Assembly: GCA_027483645.1 (NCBI GenBank)
Contig: JAIXUD010000017.1
Location: 19,083-83,082, forward strand
From: Sphingobacteriales bacterium
GTDB lineage: Bacteria > Bacteroidota > Bacteroidia > Chitinophagales > CAIOSU01
Direction of reading: 5' to 3'
DNA: 64,000 bases
A model generated the notes under the pieces. That model was not told the DNA's origin and searched no databases. It saw only the letters and a program-made list of their open reading frames with translations. Shown one piece after another: positions 10,974 to 21,484 of the stretch. Position 1 is the first letter of the stretch. Every line of letters starts with the position of its first letter. The position numbers and the translations under genes are program-made.

Positions 10974-12596
10974 ATGCCCAATAAAAAACGGCTAATTACA
11001 ACATGGTTAGGCTTTTGGATAGTAACCATGCTGCTTTATCGGCATGGCTATGGCAACCAGTTTATTGATGATTATATAGCTGGCATAGTGCGCTTTATGG
11101 ATGAGGGCTGGGCAGGCTTTGCCGATTCTTACGATTTCCCTAGCTTATATTATGGCCACAACATAGTCTTTTACGGCTTCTACAGCGTTTTTGGGTCTTC
11201 TGCACTCGCTTGGTTTCTATTGTTTACAGGTCTGCATAGTTTAAATGCGGCGTTCGGTTATGGGTTTATCAAGCGTCTATTTACTAATAACGGTTTTCAA
11301 GCATCCACTGCTGGGGCCTTGGTAGCTGCACTGCTGTTTTTGGTTTCGCCCTACCAAACAGAAAACGTAATATGGGGGGCTACCTTGCACTATGCCGTAT
11401 CCATGCTATGCATGTGGGGCATTATGTGGTTGTATGCCGGTTATCTGGATTCGGGTAAGGCATGGATGCTTTGGCTCAGCTACCTCATGTTCGCGTTCTC
11501 GCTACTCACGCTCGAAATCTCGCTAGTCTTCCCCGGAATTTTTATGATAGTTTTTGGTTTGCTTTGGCGGCCGGTAGCTGGTTTAAAAGGTCTGTTCTCT
11601 CATTTCAAACCGATAGCGTTGCCCATGGGCTTGCTTATTGGGCTCTATCTTATAGGTACCTATTGGTTAAAGGGGCATTTCATCGGCCATTATGGCAGCG
11701 ATACGCACTTGAAATTTAGCGCCGTGCAGCTATTGGGCTCGTTGTGGCAATACCTGGCCAAGCTATTGGGCTTTGTTCATTATTACCCTTTTCACATCAA
11801 GGAGTTCATCTATTTAAACCTAGTTAAAGCCACGGTGGCCTTTGGCTTGTTGGCAGTAGCTATTGGCATCTGGGTAGTGCTTTGGAAGTACCGCAAACCC
11901 TTGGCATGGTTTGCGTTGGGCTGGATGGGGCTGGTGTTTATAGCACTGTTGCCGGTGCTCAACATGTACTTCATGTTTCTCAATCAAGGGGAAAACGACA
12001 GGTTATCGTACCTCGCATCCGTGTTTATCTATGCCATTCCAGTTTTGCTATTGATGTGGTTTGCCCGCCGGTTGGTTTGGGCATATGGGGCTGTGGTGCT
12101 GGTGGTAAGTGTTTTCTTCTTAAACACCCAAACCACCAAATGGCAACATGCTGCTACCCTGCAAGCCCAAGCCGCAGATAGCCCGCTGTTTTATGGCACT
12201 AAAGGCAATATCTATTTACTCAACCTACCGTGCTATTATCAAGGCGTATATGTATATAGAAGATTCCACCGGTTGCACTGGGCTAGGCAGTTTTATGGCT
12301 TGCCCGATTTGAGCAACCAATTACAATACGTGGTTTCTGCCAATATGCAACTGCCTACCGATTCGGTTATCGCCGTGGCCCTGCCCGAACCTAATACATT
12401 TAAGGTAGAGCTCTCTACATGGGGCAACTGGTTTTGGTACCATATGAATGGCGCTCAAAACCGCACCGAAGAGGAAATGACCATCACTTTGGATGAATGG
12501 GGCCACAGCTATACACTATATTTGCCAAACCTAAAGCCCGAAGACCGATTACTGTATTTCACCCATAATGGGTGGCAAGCAGTAAAGTACCCTTAA
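10974..12596 (+). CDS. Polytopic membrane protein, possibly GT-C-like
   Basis: About 11 hydrophobic segments; DD after TM1, P.Q.E.V.W and DRLSY motifs. Confidence 0.6.
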   Translation: MPNKKRLITTWLGFWIVTMLLYRHGYGNQFIDDYIAGIVRFMDEGWAGFADSYDFPSLYYGHNIVFYGFYSVFGSSALAWFLLFTGLHSLNAAFGYGFIKRLFTNNGFQASTAGALVAALLFLVSPYQTENVIWGATLHYAVSMLCMWGIMWLYAGYLDSGKAWMLWLSYLMFAFSLLTLEISLVFPGIFMIVFGLLWRPVAGLKGLFSHFKPIALPMGLLIGLYLIGTYWLKGHFIGHYGSDTHLKFSAVQLLGSLWQYLAKLLGFVHYYPFHIKEFIYLNLVKATVAFGLLAVAIGIWVVLWKYRKPLAWFALGWMGLVFIALLPVLNMYFMFLNQGENDRLSYLASVFIYAIPVLLLMWFARRLVWAYGAVVLVVSVFFLNTQTTKWQHAATLQAQAADSPLFYGTKGNIYLLNLPCYYQGVYVYRRFHRLHWARQFYGLPDLSNQLQYVVSANMQLPTDSVIAVALPEPNTFKVELSTWGNWFWYHMNGAQNRTEEEMTITLDEWGHSYTLYLPNLKPEDRLLYFTHNGWQAVKYP

Positions 12597-12608
12597 ACTA
12601 TACCTACT

Positions 12609-13235
12609 ATGCCGATAAATATGCCAGGCCGTAAAGTGAAAATAGCAGGTGTAATAATAGTTTTGCTACTATGCCTTTTTCTTTTCCGCTACCCCATAAT
12701 GCGGGGCATGGGCAACTTTTTAATTGCTACCGACGAACCGCAGCAGGTGCCTGTGGCATTTGTACTTTCTGGTGGGCCATTTGATAGAGGAAGAGAGGCC
12801 GTGCGCCTGTACAACATGGGCATGGTTGAAACCATCATCTGCACTGGCGAAACCGTTCCACAAGATATTATTGCACTAGGGCTAGATCATAGCGAGGGCG
12901 ACATTACCAAAATACTGATGCTGAACCAAGGGGTGCCCGAAAACAAAATAGTGTTGATAGAGGAAGGCACCAGCACGCTGGAAGAATCGGACATTATATT
13001 GGCCTACTGCAAGCAAAATGGGCTAAAAAAGATTGGCGTAATCTCTTCCATGTTCCACACACGTCGCATTAAAGGCGTGTTTAAGAATAAGTTTGAGGAA
13101 GCAGGAATTGAAGTTTTGATATTCGGCGCTAAAGCCGATGCTTACGATGAGCAAGCCTGGTGGGGCAGCGAATATGGCTTAATTAACCTAAACAATGAGT
13201 ACATTAAGATTGTGTACTACTGGTTGAAGTATTAA
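12609..13235 (+). CDS. YdcF/ElyC (DUF218) family protein
   Basis: N-terminal TM, VLSGG, STLEE, SSMFHTRR. Confidence 0.85.
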   Translation: MPINMPGRKVKIAGVIIVLLLCLFLFRYPIMRGMGNFLIATDEPQQVPVAFVLSGGPFDRGREAVRLYNMGMVETIICTGETVPQDIIALGLDHSEGDITKILMLNQGVPENKIVLIEEGTSTLEESDIILAYCKQNGLKKIGVISSMFHTRRIKGVFKNKFEEAGIEVLIFGAKADAYDEQAWWGSEYGLINLNNEYIKIVYYWLKY

Positions 13236-13244
13236 AAATTGAAG

Positions 13245-13805
13245 CTAGTTTCTCCTTGGTCCTTTGGAAGCATAAAACTCCTCAAGCGATTTAGCAGTGG
13301 TTATCTTTAGCAACCTTCCCAATTTGCCAATTAAAGGGAATACCTTTTTTTGAACCCACAGTGGCACCTCGGTCAAGTAATACTCACCTGGCGATTGCGC
13401 CAATACAAAAGTAGCATCAAAAGGCGAGGGGGCTTTGGCACCTTTTCGATTGGAAACCTCAAAAATTTGGGTGAGGGTATATTCGATATTTAATGCTGGG
13501 GTAAATACCGCTTTGGTTATCACTTCTTTTCCATTTTTGGCAAAACAGCGGTGCGATGCACCTGGTGGTACCGTAAATGATTGCCCCTCCGTTAAAATCA
13601 CCTCCTTACCATCGCAGGTAACGCACAGAGTGCCCGATTCAACTTCAAAATATTCGGTTTGAAGTGGATGCATATGCATCGGTGGGCCCCCACCATCAGC
13701 AGGTAAATATAACCTGAGTTCAAGATGATCCACCTTCACGTTCTGGGGAGCATTTAAAAAAGTGATTTTCTCCCCACTAGCCCTAATTTCGATGGTTCTT
13801 CCCAT
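13245..13805 (-). CDS. Cupin domain protein
   Basis: PPMHMHPLQTEYFEV...VPPGASH cupin motifs. ATG 13805 preferred. Confidence 0.85.
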   Translation of the reverse strand: MGRTIEIRASGEKITFLNAPQNVKVDHLELRLYLPADGGGPPMHMHPLQTEYFEVESGTLCVTCDGKEVILTEGQSFTVPPGASHRCFAKNGKEVITKAVFTPALNIEYTLTQIFEVSNRKGAKAPSPFDATFVLAQSPGEYYLTEVPLWVQKKVFPLIGKLGRLLKITTAKSLEEFYASKGPRRN

Positions 13806-13973
13806 AACAAACACTATGATTTTAATAATCAATTAGCCATAAAGTTAATGATAGTAGCCATAAAATTGACGTGCTTCCCCCTAAAATCTGTTAATGCCAT
13901 ACCTTAACCAGCCTTGCAAGCGTTAACCCTCGCAACCTTTTATTAACTTCGCCCTTCTTTTGTAGAGCCTTGC

Positions 13974-14882
13974 ATGTCGGTTAAAGTAGAACATCTTACC
14001 AAGTTATATGGCGCACAGCGTGCGGTGGACGATATTTCGTTCGAAGTGCGCACGGGCGAGGTATTGGGTTTCCTAGGGCCGAACGGCGCGGGTAAAAGCA
14101 CTACCATGAAGATTGTTACCTGCTTTATCCCTCAAAGCAGCGGAAAGGCAACCGTAGCGGGCTTCGATACCATAGACCAGCCGATGGACGTGCGCCGAAA
14201 AATAGGTTACCTGCCAGAGAGCAACCCCCTCTACTACGACATGTATGTGCGCGAGTACTTGGAGTTTATCGGCCGGGTGCACAAGCTGAGCAACATTAAG
14301 CAGCGCATTGATGAAATGGTGGAGCTTACGGGCCTCACCCGCGAGCGTCACAAGAAGATAGGCCAGCTAAGTAAAGGCTACAAACAGCGTGTAGGCATCG
14401 CTCAAGCCATGCTGCACAACCCCGATGTGTTAATACTTGACGAGCCCACCAGCGGCCTCGACCCGAACCAGTTGGTGGAGATACGCAGCCTGATTAAGAA
14501 TCTGGGAAAAGAGAAAACGGTTATCCTCTCCACCCACATCATGCAGGAAGTGCAGGCCATGTGCGATAGGGTAATCATCATCAACAAAGGTAAACTGGTG
14601 GCCGATGATACCCCGGAGCACCTGCAACAGCGCACCGCAGGAGAAACCATAGTGCGCGTAGAGTTCCGCGAAACACCTGAATTGAAACTACTGGCTGCGA
14701 TTAGTGGAGTAAAGAGCGTGAAAAAAGAGAAAGAAAACCAATGGCTTATATACTCCCAGCCGGGCAAAGACCCACGGGAAGAGATTTTCCGCTTTGCGAC
14801 AGATAAGGGATTGACACTATTGACATTGAATAAAGAGCAATCATCGCTGGAGAACGTTTTCCAAGAATTAACCAACAAATAA
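13974..14882 (+). CDS. gldA: Gliding motility ABC transporter ATP-binding subunit GldA
   Basis: GPNGAGKST, LSKGYKQR, ILDEPT; first gene of the gldAFG run. Confidence 0.93.
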   Translation: MSVKVEHLTKLYGAQRAVDDISFEVRTGEVLGFLGPNGAGKSTTMKIVTCFIPQSSGKATVAGFDTIDQPMDVRRKIGYLPESNPLYYDMYVREYLEFIGRVHKLSNIKQRIDEMVELTGLTRERHKKIGQLSKGYKQRVGIAQAMLHNPDVLILDEPTSGLDPNQLVEIRSLIKNLGKEKTVILSTHIMQEVQAMCDRVIIINKGKLVADDTPEHLQQRTAGETIVRVEFRETPELKLLAAISGVKSVKKEKENQWLIYSQPGKDPREEIFRFATDKGLTLLTLNKEQSSLENVFQELTNK

Positions 14883-14892
14883 GAAGTACTAG

Positions 14893-15627
14893 ATGCTAAG
14901 TATATACCGCAAAGAGATCAATGCCTTCTTCAGCTCGCTGATAGGGTATATCGCTATTGTGGTATTCTTGGTGATTACGGGCCTTATTGTTTGGGTATTC
15001 CCTGATACCAACGTGCTGGATTATGGCTACGCCTCTTTGGAGAGCCTGTTCTTTGTAGCACCTTGGGTTTACTTGTTTTTGATTCCAGCCATCACTATGC
15101 GCTCGTTTGCTGAGGAGATAAGTAACGGCACCATCGAGATGCTTACTACCAAGCCCTTGCGCGAGTTGGACATCATCCTTGGTAAATACTTCGCTGCGCT
15201 TACACTGGTGCTGTTTTCGCTGTTACCTACGCTTATCTATTTTGTTACTGTTTATCAACTGGGCGCACCCAAAGGCAATTTGGATAGTGGCGCCATCTGG
15301 GGTTCCTATATCGGTTTGCTGTTTCTGGGTTCGGCGTTTGTGGCTATGGGTATGTTTGCCTCCTCCATTACCAGCAACCAAATTGTATCGTTTGTGCTGG
15401 CGGCGTTCCTGTGTTTCTTCTTCCATTGGTCGTTCGATTTTTTGAGCGGATTGGAACTGTTCTACGCCAAGATTGATGACGTTATTGAAGCCATCGGCAT
15501 CAACGCGCACTATATAAGCATTAGCCGTGGCGTGGTGGATACGAGAGATTTGGTGTATTTCATCAGCTTTACGGCCATATTTATCCTGTTAACTAAAACA
15601 GTGCTGGAGAGCAGGAAGTGGAAATGA
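14893..15627 (+). CDS. gldF: Gliding motility ABC transporter permease GldF
   Basis: KEINAFFSSLIGY, PAITMRSFAEE..GT.E.L, ISRGVVDTRD. Confidence 0.93.
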   Translation: MLSIYRKEINAFFSSLIGYIAIVVFLVITGLIVWVFPDTNVLDYGYASLESLFFVAPWVYLFLIPAITMRSFAEEISNGTIEMLTTKPLRELDIILGKYFAALTLVLFSLLPTLIYFVTVYQLGAPKGNLDSGAIWGSYIGLLFLGSAFVAMGMFASSITSNQIVSFVLAAFLCFFFHWSFDFLSGLELFYAKIDDVIEAIGINAHYISISRGVVDTRDLVYFISFTAIFILLTKTVLESRKWK

Positions 15628-17357
15628 AAAACAAATCGCTACGCTTACGGTCGATGGTGCGCCTGGCAATTTTGCTGGTGATTGTGGTGTTGCTCAACAT
15701 CATCAGCCAGAACGTTTATACCCGTCTCGATTTAACAACCGAAAAACGTTACACTTTAGCCAATGCTAGTAATGAGTTGCTTCGCAACTTGGATGATGTA
15801 GTATATGTGCAAGTTTACTTGGAGGGTAAATTCCCTGCAGGTTTTAAGCGCCTTCGCAACGCTACCGAAGAGATGTTGTACGAGTTTGCCAACGTATCGG
15901 GCGGCAAGGTGCAGTATCGGTTTGTTGACCCATCGGCAGTAGAAACCCAGCAGCGCGAACTGCTTTATAAAGACCTATACGATAAGGGCTTATTGCCTAC
16001 CAACCTACAAGTAAAAGAAACTGATGGCAGCACACAGCAAATCATTTTCCCAGGCTTATTGATGCGCTACCGCGGGCAGGAAGTGCCTGTAAACTTGCTA
16101 GAGAACCGTCCCGGCTTTGGACCCGACGAGGCTTTAAACGTATCTATCGAGCTGTTGGAATACAAGATTGCCAATGGCATTAAAAAAGTAAGTCAACGTA
16201 GCAGCCCTCGTATTGGCATCGTGCAAGGCCAAGGCGAACTGGAACAGAAGTATCTGGCTGACATTATTACCACCCTTACAGACTTGAAGTATGATGTGAA
16301 GATGGTGGACCTGCCTAGCACCCTTTCAGTGGCTAAGAGCTTTGAAACGCTCATTATTCCTAAGCCTACCAAGCCCTTCCAAGAGCAGGATAAATTTAAG
16401 TTGGACCAATTCGCCATGCACGGCGGCAGCATACTATGGCTAATTGATGCCACCGACGCGGATATGGATAGCCTGCGGGGCAAACCTTACCACATGGCCG
16501 CGGCACGTGACCTGAATTTGGATGACCAGCTGTTCCGCTACGGGGTGCGCTTCAATAGCGACTTGGTACAGGACATGCAGAGCAACGTGATACCGATTGT
16601 AGTAGGCGAGGGCAACCCACCACAAACGGAGCTGCTACCTTGGCCTTACTTCCCCGTACTTACGTCTTACAGCAGCGATCCAAACGATGTACGCCTACCC
16701 AAAGCGCATACCATAGTACGAAACTTAGATGCGGTGGCCACCCAATTTATTGGCACCATTGATACCATACGGGTACCGGGCATTAAGAAAACGCCGTTAC
16801 TATTTACCTCACGCAATAGTAAAGCGGTATTGACGCCTGCTCGCATTCACTTTGCGATACTCAAAGAGCAACCCGACCCAGCCAATTACAATAAAGCGTA
16901 TATGCCCGTGGCGTATCTGCTAGAAGGAAACTTTACATCGGTATTTAAGAACCGCCTTTCGCCAGAAACCATTAAGACCCTGAACGATTCGTTGAAGAAT
17001 GTTGGTTTTAAGGATGCAGGAGATTATGCCAAAATGATAGTAATAGCCGACGGCGACATTATAGCCAACCAAGTTGCGAACGACGGCAACCCATACTTAC
17101 TGGGGTATTACCCTTTTACCCAGCAAACCTTTGCCAACAAGGATTTTATACTTAATTGTATTGAATACCTTACCGACGACGCGCAGTTGATTGAAACCCG
17201 TAACAAGGAAATCAAACTTCGTATGCTGGATAAGCAGCAGGTGCGAGACCAGAAGTTGGGCTGGCAGGTGTTGAATATGGCAGTACCTGTAGCGTTGGTG
17301 GCACTGTTTGGGCTGGTCTATAATTTTATTCGCCGACGTAAATATGCCCGCAACTGA
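15624..17357 (+). CDS. gldG: Gliding motility ABC transporter auxiliary component GldG
   Basis: RLDLTTEKRYTL, FPAGFKRL, NKDFILNCIEYL, C-terminal TM; ATGA overlap with gldF. Confidence 0.93.
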   Translation: MKNKSLRLRSMVRLAILLVIVVLLNIISQNVYTRLDLTTEKRYTLANASNELLRNLDDVVYVQVYLEGKFPAGFKRLRNATEEMLYEFANVSGGKVQYRFVDPSAVETQQRELLYKDLYDKGLLPTNLQVKETDGSTQQIIFPGLLMRYRGQEVPVNLLENRPGFGPDEALNVSIELLEYKIANGIKKVSQRSSPRIGIVQGQGELEQKYLADIITTLTDLKYDVKMVDLPSTLSVAKSFETLIIPKPTKPFQEQDKFKLDQFAMHGGSILWLIDATDADMDSLRGKPYHMAAARDLNLDDQLFRYGVRFNSDLVQDMQSNVIPIVVGEGNPPQTELLPWPYFPVLTSYSSDPNDVRLPKAHTIVRNLDAVATQFIGTIDTIRVPGIKKTPLLFTSRNSKAVLTPARIHFAILKEQPDPANYNKAYMPVAYLLEGNFTSVFKNRLSPETIKTLNDSLKNVGFKDAGDYAKMIVIADGDIIANQVANDGNPYLLGYYPFTQQTFANKDFILNCIEYLTDDAQLIETRNKEIKLRMLDKQQVRDQKLGWQVLNMAVPVALVALFGLVYNFIRRRKYARN

Positions 17358-18412
17358 TGAAAAATAATCTCATTTATCTAGTGATTGCTATCGTGCTGGC
17401 GGGTGTGGTAGGTTATTTGGTTTGGAACAATAGCAACAAAAACAAACCCGTAGATGCCCAAGATTTTGCGGTAACCAGCGTGGATGACATTGAGCGCATA
17501 TTTATAGCCGACAAAGAAGGCCGCACTATAACCCTCGATAAAAAGGACGACCACTGGCTGGTAAACGAGAAATACAAAGCCATGCCCGCCAAGGTTGATT
17601 TGTTGCTGAGTACTTTAAAGAGCTTTGTGATATACGCGCCAGTGCCTGATGCAGCTATGGACAATGCCGTGAAGGAATTGGCGGTGTTTGGAGTAAAAGT
17701 AGAACTGTATGATGATGCAGATGATCAACCCTTCAAAGTATACTTTGTGGGCAGGCCCAATCAGGGGCAGACGGCCAACCATATGCTGATGCAGATTGAT
17801 GGCAAATCGGCGGAGAAGCCTTACTTGGTAAATATTCCTGGTTTTATTGGCGATTTACAGACCCGCTTTCTGTTGACTGAGAAAGACTGGCGTGACTTGA
17901 ACATCTTTAACTACAAGCTAGATGAGATAAAAGAGGTAAGCATCATTTACCATGATTTGCCAGCTTCTTCATTTGTTATCAACGTTGATGATAAAGATAA
18001 CTATACCTTAAGGCACCCAGACAATAACACCGCCGCACCGCAAGAGCAGCTGTTTAATGCGGGCATCGGCAAATTTTTGGACTCATTTGGCAACATTAAT
18101 GCCGAGGCTGAGGCTAATGATTTTGCTTACAAAGACAGTGTGATAAACGGCCCTAAGTTTGCGACCATAACCATAAAAGGAACTGAGGGTAAAGATAGCG
18201 AGCTGATATTGTACCGCATGCCTGCAAATAGGCGCACCAAGAGTTTATTCGACCCTCAAGGAAACCCAATCCAATTTGACCCGGACCACTACTATGCATC
18301 CTTTAATGGTGGCAAAGATTTTGCTTTGGCTCAACACTATGTATTAGGTAAAATCCTTCGCTCCTACTCTGATTTCATCGTGAAACCAGCAGATAATCCT
18401 GCCGGGTTGTAA
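17357..18412 (+). CDS. DUF4340-like periplasmic protein of the gld operon
   Basis: N-terminal TM; translationally coupled to gldG. Confidence 0.65.
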   Translation: MKNNLIYLVIAIVLAGVVGYLVWNNSNKNKPVDAQDFAVTSVDDIERIFIADKEGRTITLDKKDDHWLVNEKYKAMPAKVDLLLSTLKSFVIYAPVPDAAMDNAVKELAVFGVKVELYDDADDQPFKVYFVGRPNQGQTANHMLMQIDGKSAEKPYLVNIPGFIGDLQTRFLLTEKDWRDLNIFNYKLDEIKEVSIIYHDLPASSFVINVDDKDNYTLRHPDNNTAAPQEQLFNAGIGKFLDSFGNINAEAEANDFAYKDSVINGPKFATITIKGTEGKDSELILYRMPANRRTKSLFDPQGNPIQFDPDHYYASFNGGKDFALAQHYVLGKILRSYSDFIVKPADNPAGL

Positions 18413-18496
18413 CTGGTCCTTTTTTAAACTATTACTGTCTATGGCGGTCTAATACCGCAACAAGATTCCGAAAAAAATCAGGAACTTGTGACAGCT

Positions 18497-19384
18497 ATGA
18501 AAACTCTCTATACCACTATAGTTCTATTTACCGCCTTGTGCTTTGCCCTTCCCCATCAGGCCATGGCGCAATTGGATATTCCTCAAAAAAGCCCCAAAGC
18601 CAATGTGTCGTTTCGGGTGGGACTCACCGATGTATCCATCCACTATTCCAGCCCTGGGGTTCGGGGCCGGGGCATTTGGGGTAAGTTGGTACCTTATGAT
18701 AGAGTATGGCGCGCCGGTGCCAACGAGGCCACTATTGTGCAGTTTAGTACTCCCGTAAACATTGGTGGCAAGCAATTGCCAAAGGGGAAGTATAGCTTGT
18801 TTCTTATCCCGGCCAAGGATGGAAACTGGACGGCCATATTCAATAAAGTATGGGACCAATGGGGTGCCTACCAATACGACCAAAGCCAAGATGAACTCAG
18901 GGTATCAGTAGCTGTAAAGAACCTAGGTGAAGTGGTCGAGCACCTCAGATACCGGGTTACAGAAAAGTCCATAGAGCAAGGCATGATAGTAATGGAATGG
19001 GAGCGCAAGCAGATTATTATTCCCTTCAATACCGACGCCATCAACCTCAGCCTGAAAAACGTAAATGAGGCTCTCAAGACCGCGAAGGAAGATGACAAGT
19101 GGTGGATACATGCAGAGGCTGCTGAATTTCTATTGGAAAACAACGGCGATACGGAAAGGGCGTTATTTTATGCCAACCAAAGCATCGCGCTAAAGCCCTG
19201 TGTGCGTAACTACTGGGTAAAGGCCCAAGTATTGGCCAAAAAGAAAGACCTTGCGGGTGCCATAGCAGCGGCAGAAAAGGCGTTGACCTTCAGTAAGAAA
19301 GATGATGAAGAGAAGGAATTCTACGCCTCAGTAAAAACACAAATGGATGTAGCTACGCAGCAATGGAAAAAGCAGAAGAAATAA
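18497..19384 (+). CDS. DUF2911 family protein with C-terminal TPR-like helices
   Basis: Signal peptide, SP.A.V, YSSPGVRGR.IWG.LVPY..VWRAGANEAT. Confidence 0.85.
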   Translation: MKTLYTTIVLFTALCFALPHQAMAQLDIPQKSPKANVSFRVGLTDVSIHYSSPGVRGRGIWGKLVPYDRVWRAGANEATIVQFSTPVNIGGKQLPKGKYSLFLIPAKDGNWTAIFNKVWDQWGAYQYDQSQDELRVSVAVKNLGEVVEHLRYRVTEKSIEQGMIVMEWERKQIIIPFNTDAINLSLKNVNEALKTAKEDDKWWIHAEAAEFLLENNGDTERALFYANQSIALKPCVRNYWVKAQVLAKKKDLAGAIAAAEKALTFSKKDDEEKEFYASVKTQMDVATQQWKKQKK

Positions 19385-19385
19385 C

Positions 19386-20165
19386 TCAATTCCCTTTAAA
19401 CGCTGCTTTGCGCTTTTCTAAAAACGCACCTACTCCCTCTTTGTAGTCATTGGTAGCACCTGCTATATCTTGGCATTGAGCCTCATATTCCAGCATGGTA
19501 TCCAAATCGCTATGGAAAGATTTGTTGAGCATCTTCTTCATCAGCGCAATAGCCTTGGTAGGTGCGTTGGCGTAATAATCGGTAACGGCTTTTACGGCAG
19601 CATCCAATTCGGCGGCAGGCACCACGCGGTTTACCAAGCCAAGCTGAAGGGCTTCAGCGGCTTTTACCCTAGTGCCCATAGTAGATAGCTCAAAAGCCCT
19701 AGCAGAACCCACCAATCGAGGCAGGAAATATGATGCGCCCGAATCGAGCACGAGGCCAATATTCACAAATACCTCAATCAAGCTCGCATCTTCGCTGGCT
19801 ACAATAAAATCGCAAGCCAATGCCAACGAACAACCCGCACCTGCAGCTACACCATTCAGACGGCAAATAACGGGCTTAGGCATATTACGTATAGCGCGGA
19901 TAATGGGATTATAGCGCTTATGTATAGAATCGGAGAAACTGCGGTTGGGCTGTGCTATGGCGGCCTTAAGGTCTTGGCCAGAGCAGAAGGCTTTGCCCTC
20001 GCCGGTAAGCACTACTACCCGCACCTCGCCATCGCGCTCGGCTTTCTTTAGTGCATCTTGTATTTCGTAAGTAATCTCGTCATTAAAGGCGTTGAATACA
20101 TCGGGCCTGTTGAAGGTGATGGTGGCAACTTTATCGGCAACGGTATATAGCAGTGTGTTGTACAT
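19386..20165 (-). CDS. Enoyl-CoA hydratase/isomerase (PaaG-like)
   Basis: AFCSGQDL, GVAAGAGCSLALACD, EGVGAFLEKR. Confidence 0.92.
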   Translation of the reverse strand: MYNTLLYTVADKVATITFNRPDVFNAFNDEITYEIQDALKKAERDGEVRVVVLTGEGKAFCSGQDLKAAIAQPNRSFSDSIHKRYNPIIRAIRNMPKPVICRLNGVAAGAGCSLALACDFIVASEDASLIEVFVNIGLVLDSGASYFLPRLVGSARAFELSTMGTRVKAAEALQLGLVNRVVPAAELDAAVKAVTDYYANAPTKAIALMKKMLNKSFHSDLDTMLEYEAQCQDIAGATNDYKEGVGAFLEKRKAAFKGN

Positions 20166-20285
20166 GGCGTGGTTTTGCGGTAAAAATACGAAACAGGGCT
20201 AACAATTTTTTACAACCGCAGCAACCCAAATGGCCTTCCGCTCGTCTACCACTTAATAAGATTTTTAGAAATTCATCAAAATAAT

Positions 20286-20317
20286 TTTGCAGTTGTGCAA
20301 CCTTAATTGTACTTTTG
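20286..20317 (+). promoter_or_regulatory. Consensus Bacteroidota sigma-70 promoter
   Basis: TTTG (20286-20289), 20-nt spacer, TACTTTTG (20310-20317). Confidence 0.7.
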
Positions 20318-20366
20318 CACTCTCGTTTAAAAAGACCATAATTTTTTAATTTATAAAACCATCGAA

Positions 20367-20462
20367 GTGAAAGCACTATTTTCCCTTATCTTATTCGTGA
20401 TGAGCAGCTTTTTTATATTTTTTGTTGTGCTGTTTTTCTGGTTAATGCCAGCTCGCGATTAA
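20367..20462 (+). CDS. Putative 31-aa single-TM small protein
   Basis: GTG..TAA ORF, MKALFSLILFVMSSFFIFFVVLFFWLMPARD, just downstream of the consensus promoter and an A-rich leader. Confidence 0.4.
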   Translation: MKALFSLILFVMSSFFIFFVVLFFWLMPARD

Positions 20463-20632
20463 GCATTTTTATCGCTTCCCATGCGATGTAGGGAATAGTG
20501 TGCCATTGGTTTTCTTCCTCCTTTTTTAATTCTCGAATGTTAATAACCGCCCATTTCTGTTGAAAGAAATCGGGAGTAGATTTGACTATTTATCAAAAAC
20601 CTGCGTTATATTAGTAAAGGCTAAAAACAGGT

Positions 20633-21274
20633 GTGAAACGATATATTACCATCGGGCTTTGGGGAACGCTAGCAATATTTCTATTGTGCAGTGCCAGCTA
20701 TTGGTATATAGCCAACGTAACCAGCCCGCACATCCATACCGACATTACCAGCCTAGGCGTATACGATGTGGCCTTGGTACTTGGTACCTCCAAATATTCC
20801 AAAGCAGGCAACCGAAACATGTACTTTTACCACCGAATTGATGCGGCAGTAGCGTTATACAATTCGGGCAAGGTAAAAAAGATACTAGTAAGCGGGGATA
20901 ACTCCCAAAAGGAGTACAATGAACCTTTCGATATGTTGAAAGCCCTAATGGAACGAGGCATACCGCGCAAAGATATTGTGTTGGACTATGCTGGTTTCCG
21001 CACTTTCGATTCTATGGTAAGGGCTAAAGAGGTATTTGGCCAAAAGCGCTTCGTAGTGATTAGCCAAAAATTCCACCTAGAGCGAGCCCTTTACATCGGC
21101 ATGAATAAGGATATGGATGTGGTAGGTTTTGTGGCCAAAGACCCAACAAGGGCCAATATACCGCTGTTTGCAAGAGAGATTATGGCCCGCACCAAAGCCG
21201 TACTCGATTGCCAATTGCTGGGTACCACACCCAAGTTTCTCGGGCAGAAGGAAGTTATCAATATGGATATTTAA
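20633..21274 (+). CDS. sanA: SanA family protein (DUF218)
   Basis: ALVLGTSKY, LVSGDN, DYAGFRTFDS, SQKFHLERA. Confidence 0.85.
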   Translation: MKRYITIGLWGTLAIFLLCSASYWYIANVTSPHIHTDITSLGVYDVALVLGTSKYSKAGNRNMYFYHRIDAAVALYNSGKVKKILVSGDNSQKEYNEPFDMLKALMERGIPRKDIVLDYAGFRTFDSMVRAKEVFGQKRFVVISQKFHLERALYIGMNKDMDVVGFVAKDPTRANIPLFAREIMARTKAVLDCQLLGTTPKFLGQKEVINMDI

Positions 21275-21484
21275 ACCGTTCCCATCCGTCAATCTAGCCC
21301 ATTCAAATACTTAAGAGGCTTAACCCAAAAGTTAAAAAGAGTGAAATTCAATTTCATTTGGTGCCCCATGCATCGTTTAGCTTTACATTAACATCTTCTT
21401 ATTCTCAAATAATCTCTAAATTTGCCAGCCGGATATTACTTTAGCCGGTATTACGTTTCAAATTCGTTAAAGCGAAAACCGATC

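Noticed and set aside
13974-18412. gldA-gldF-gldG-DUF4340 operon as a novel system
   Set aside because: Well-known Bacteroidota gliding-associated ABC transporter arrangement.
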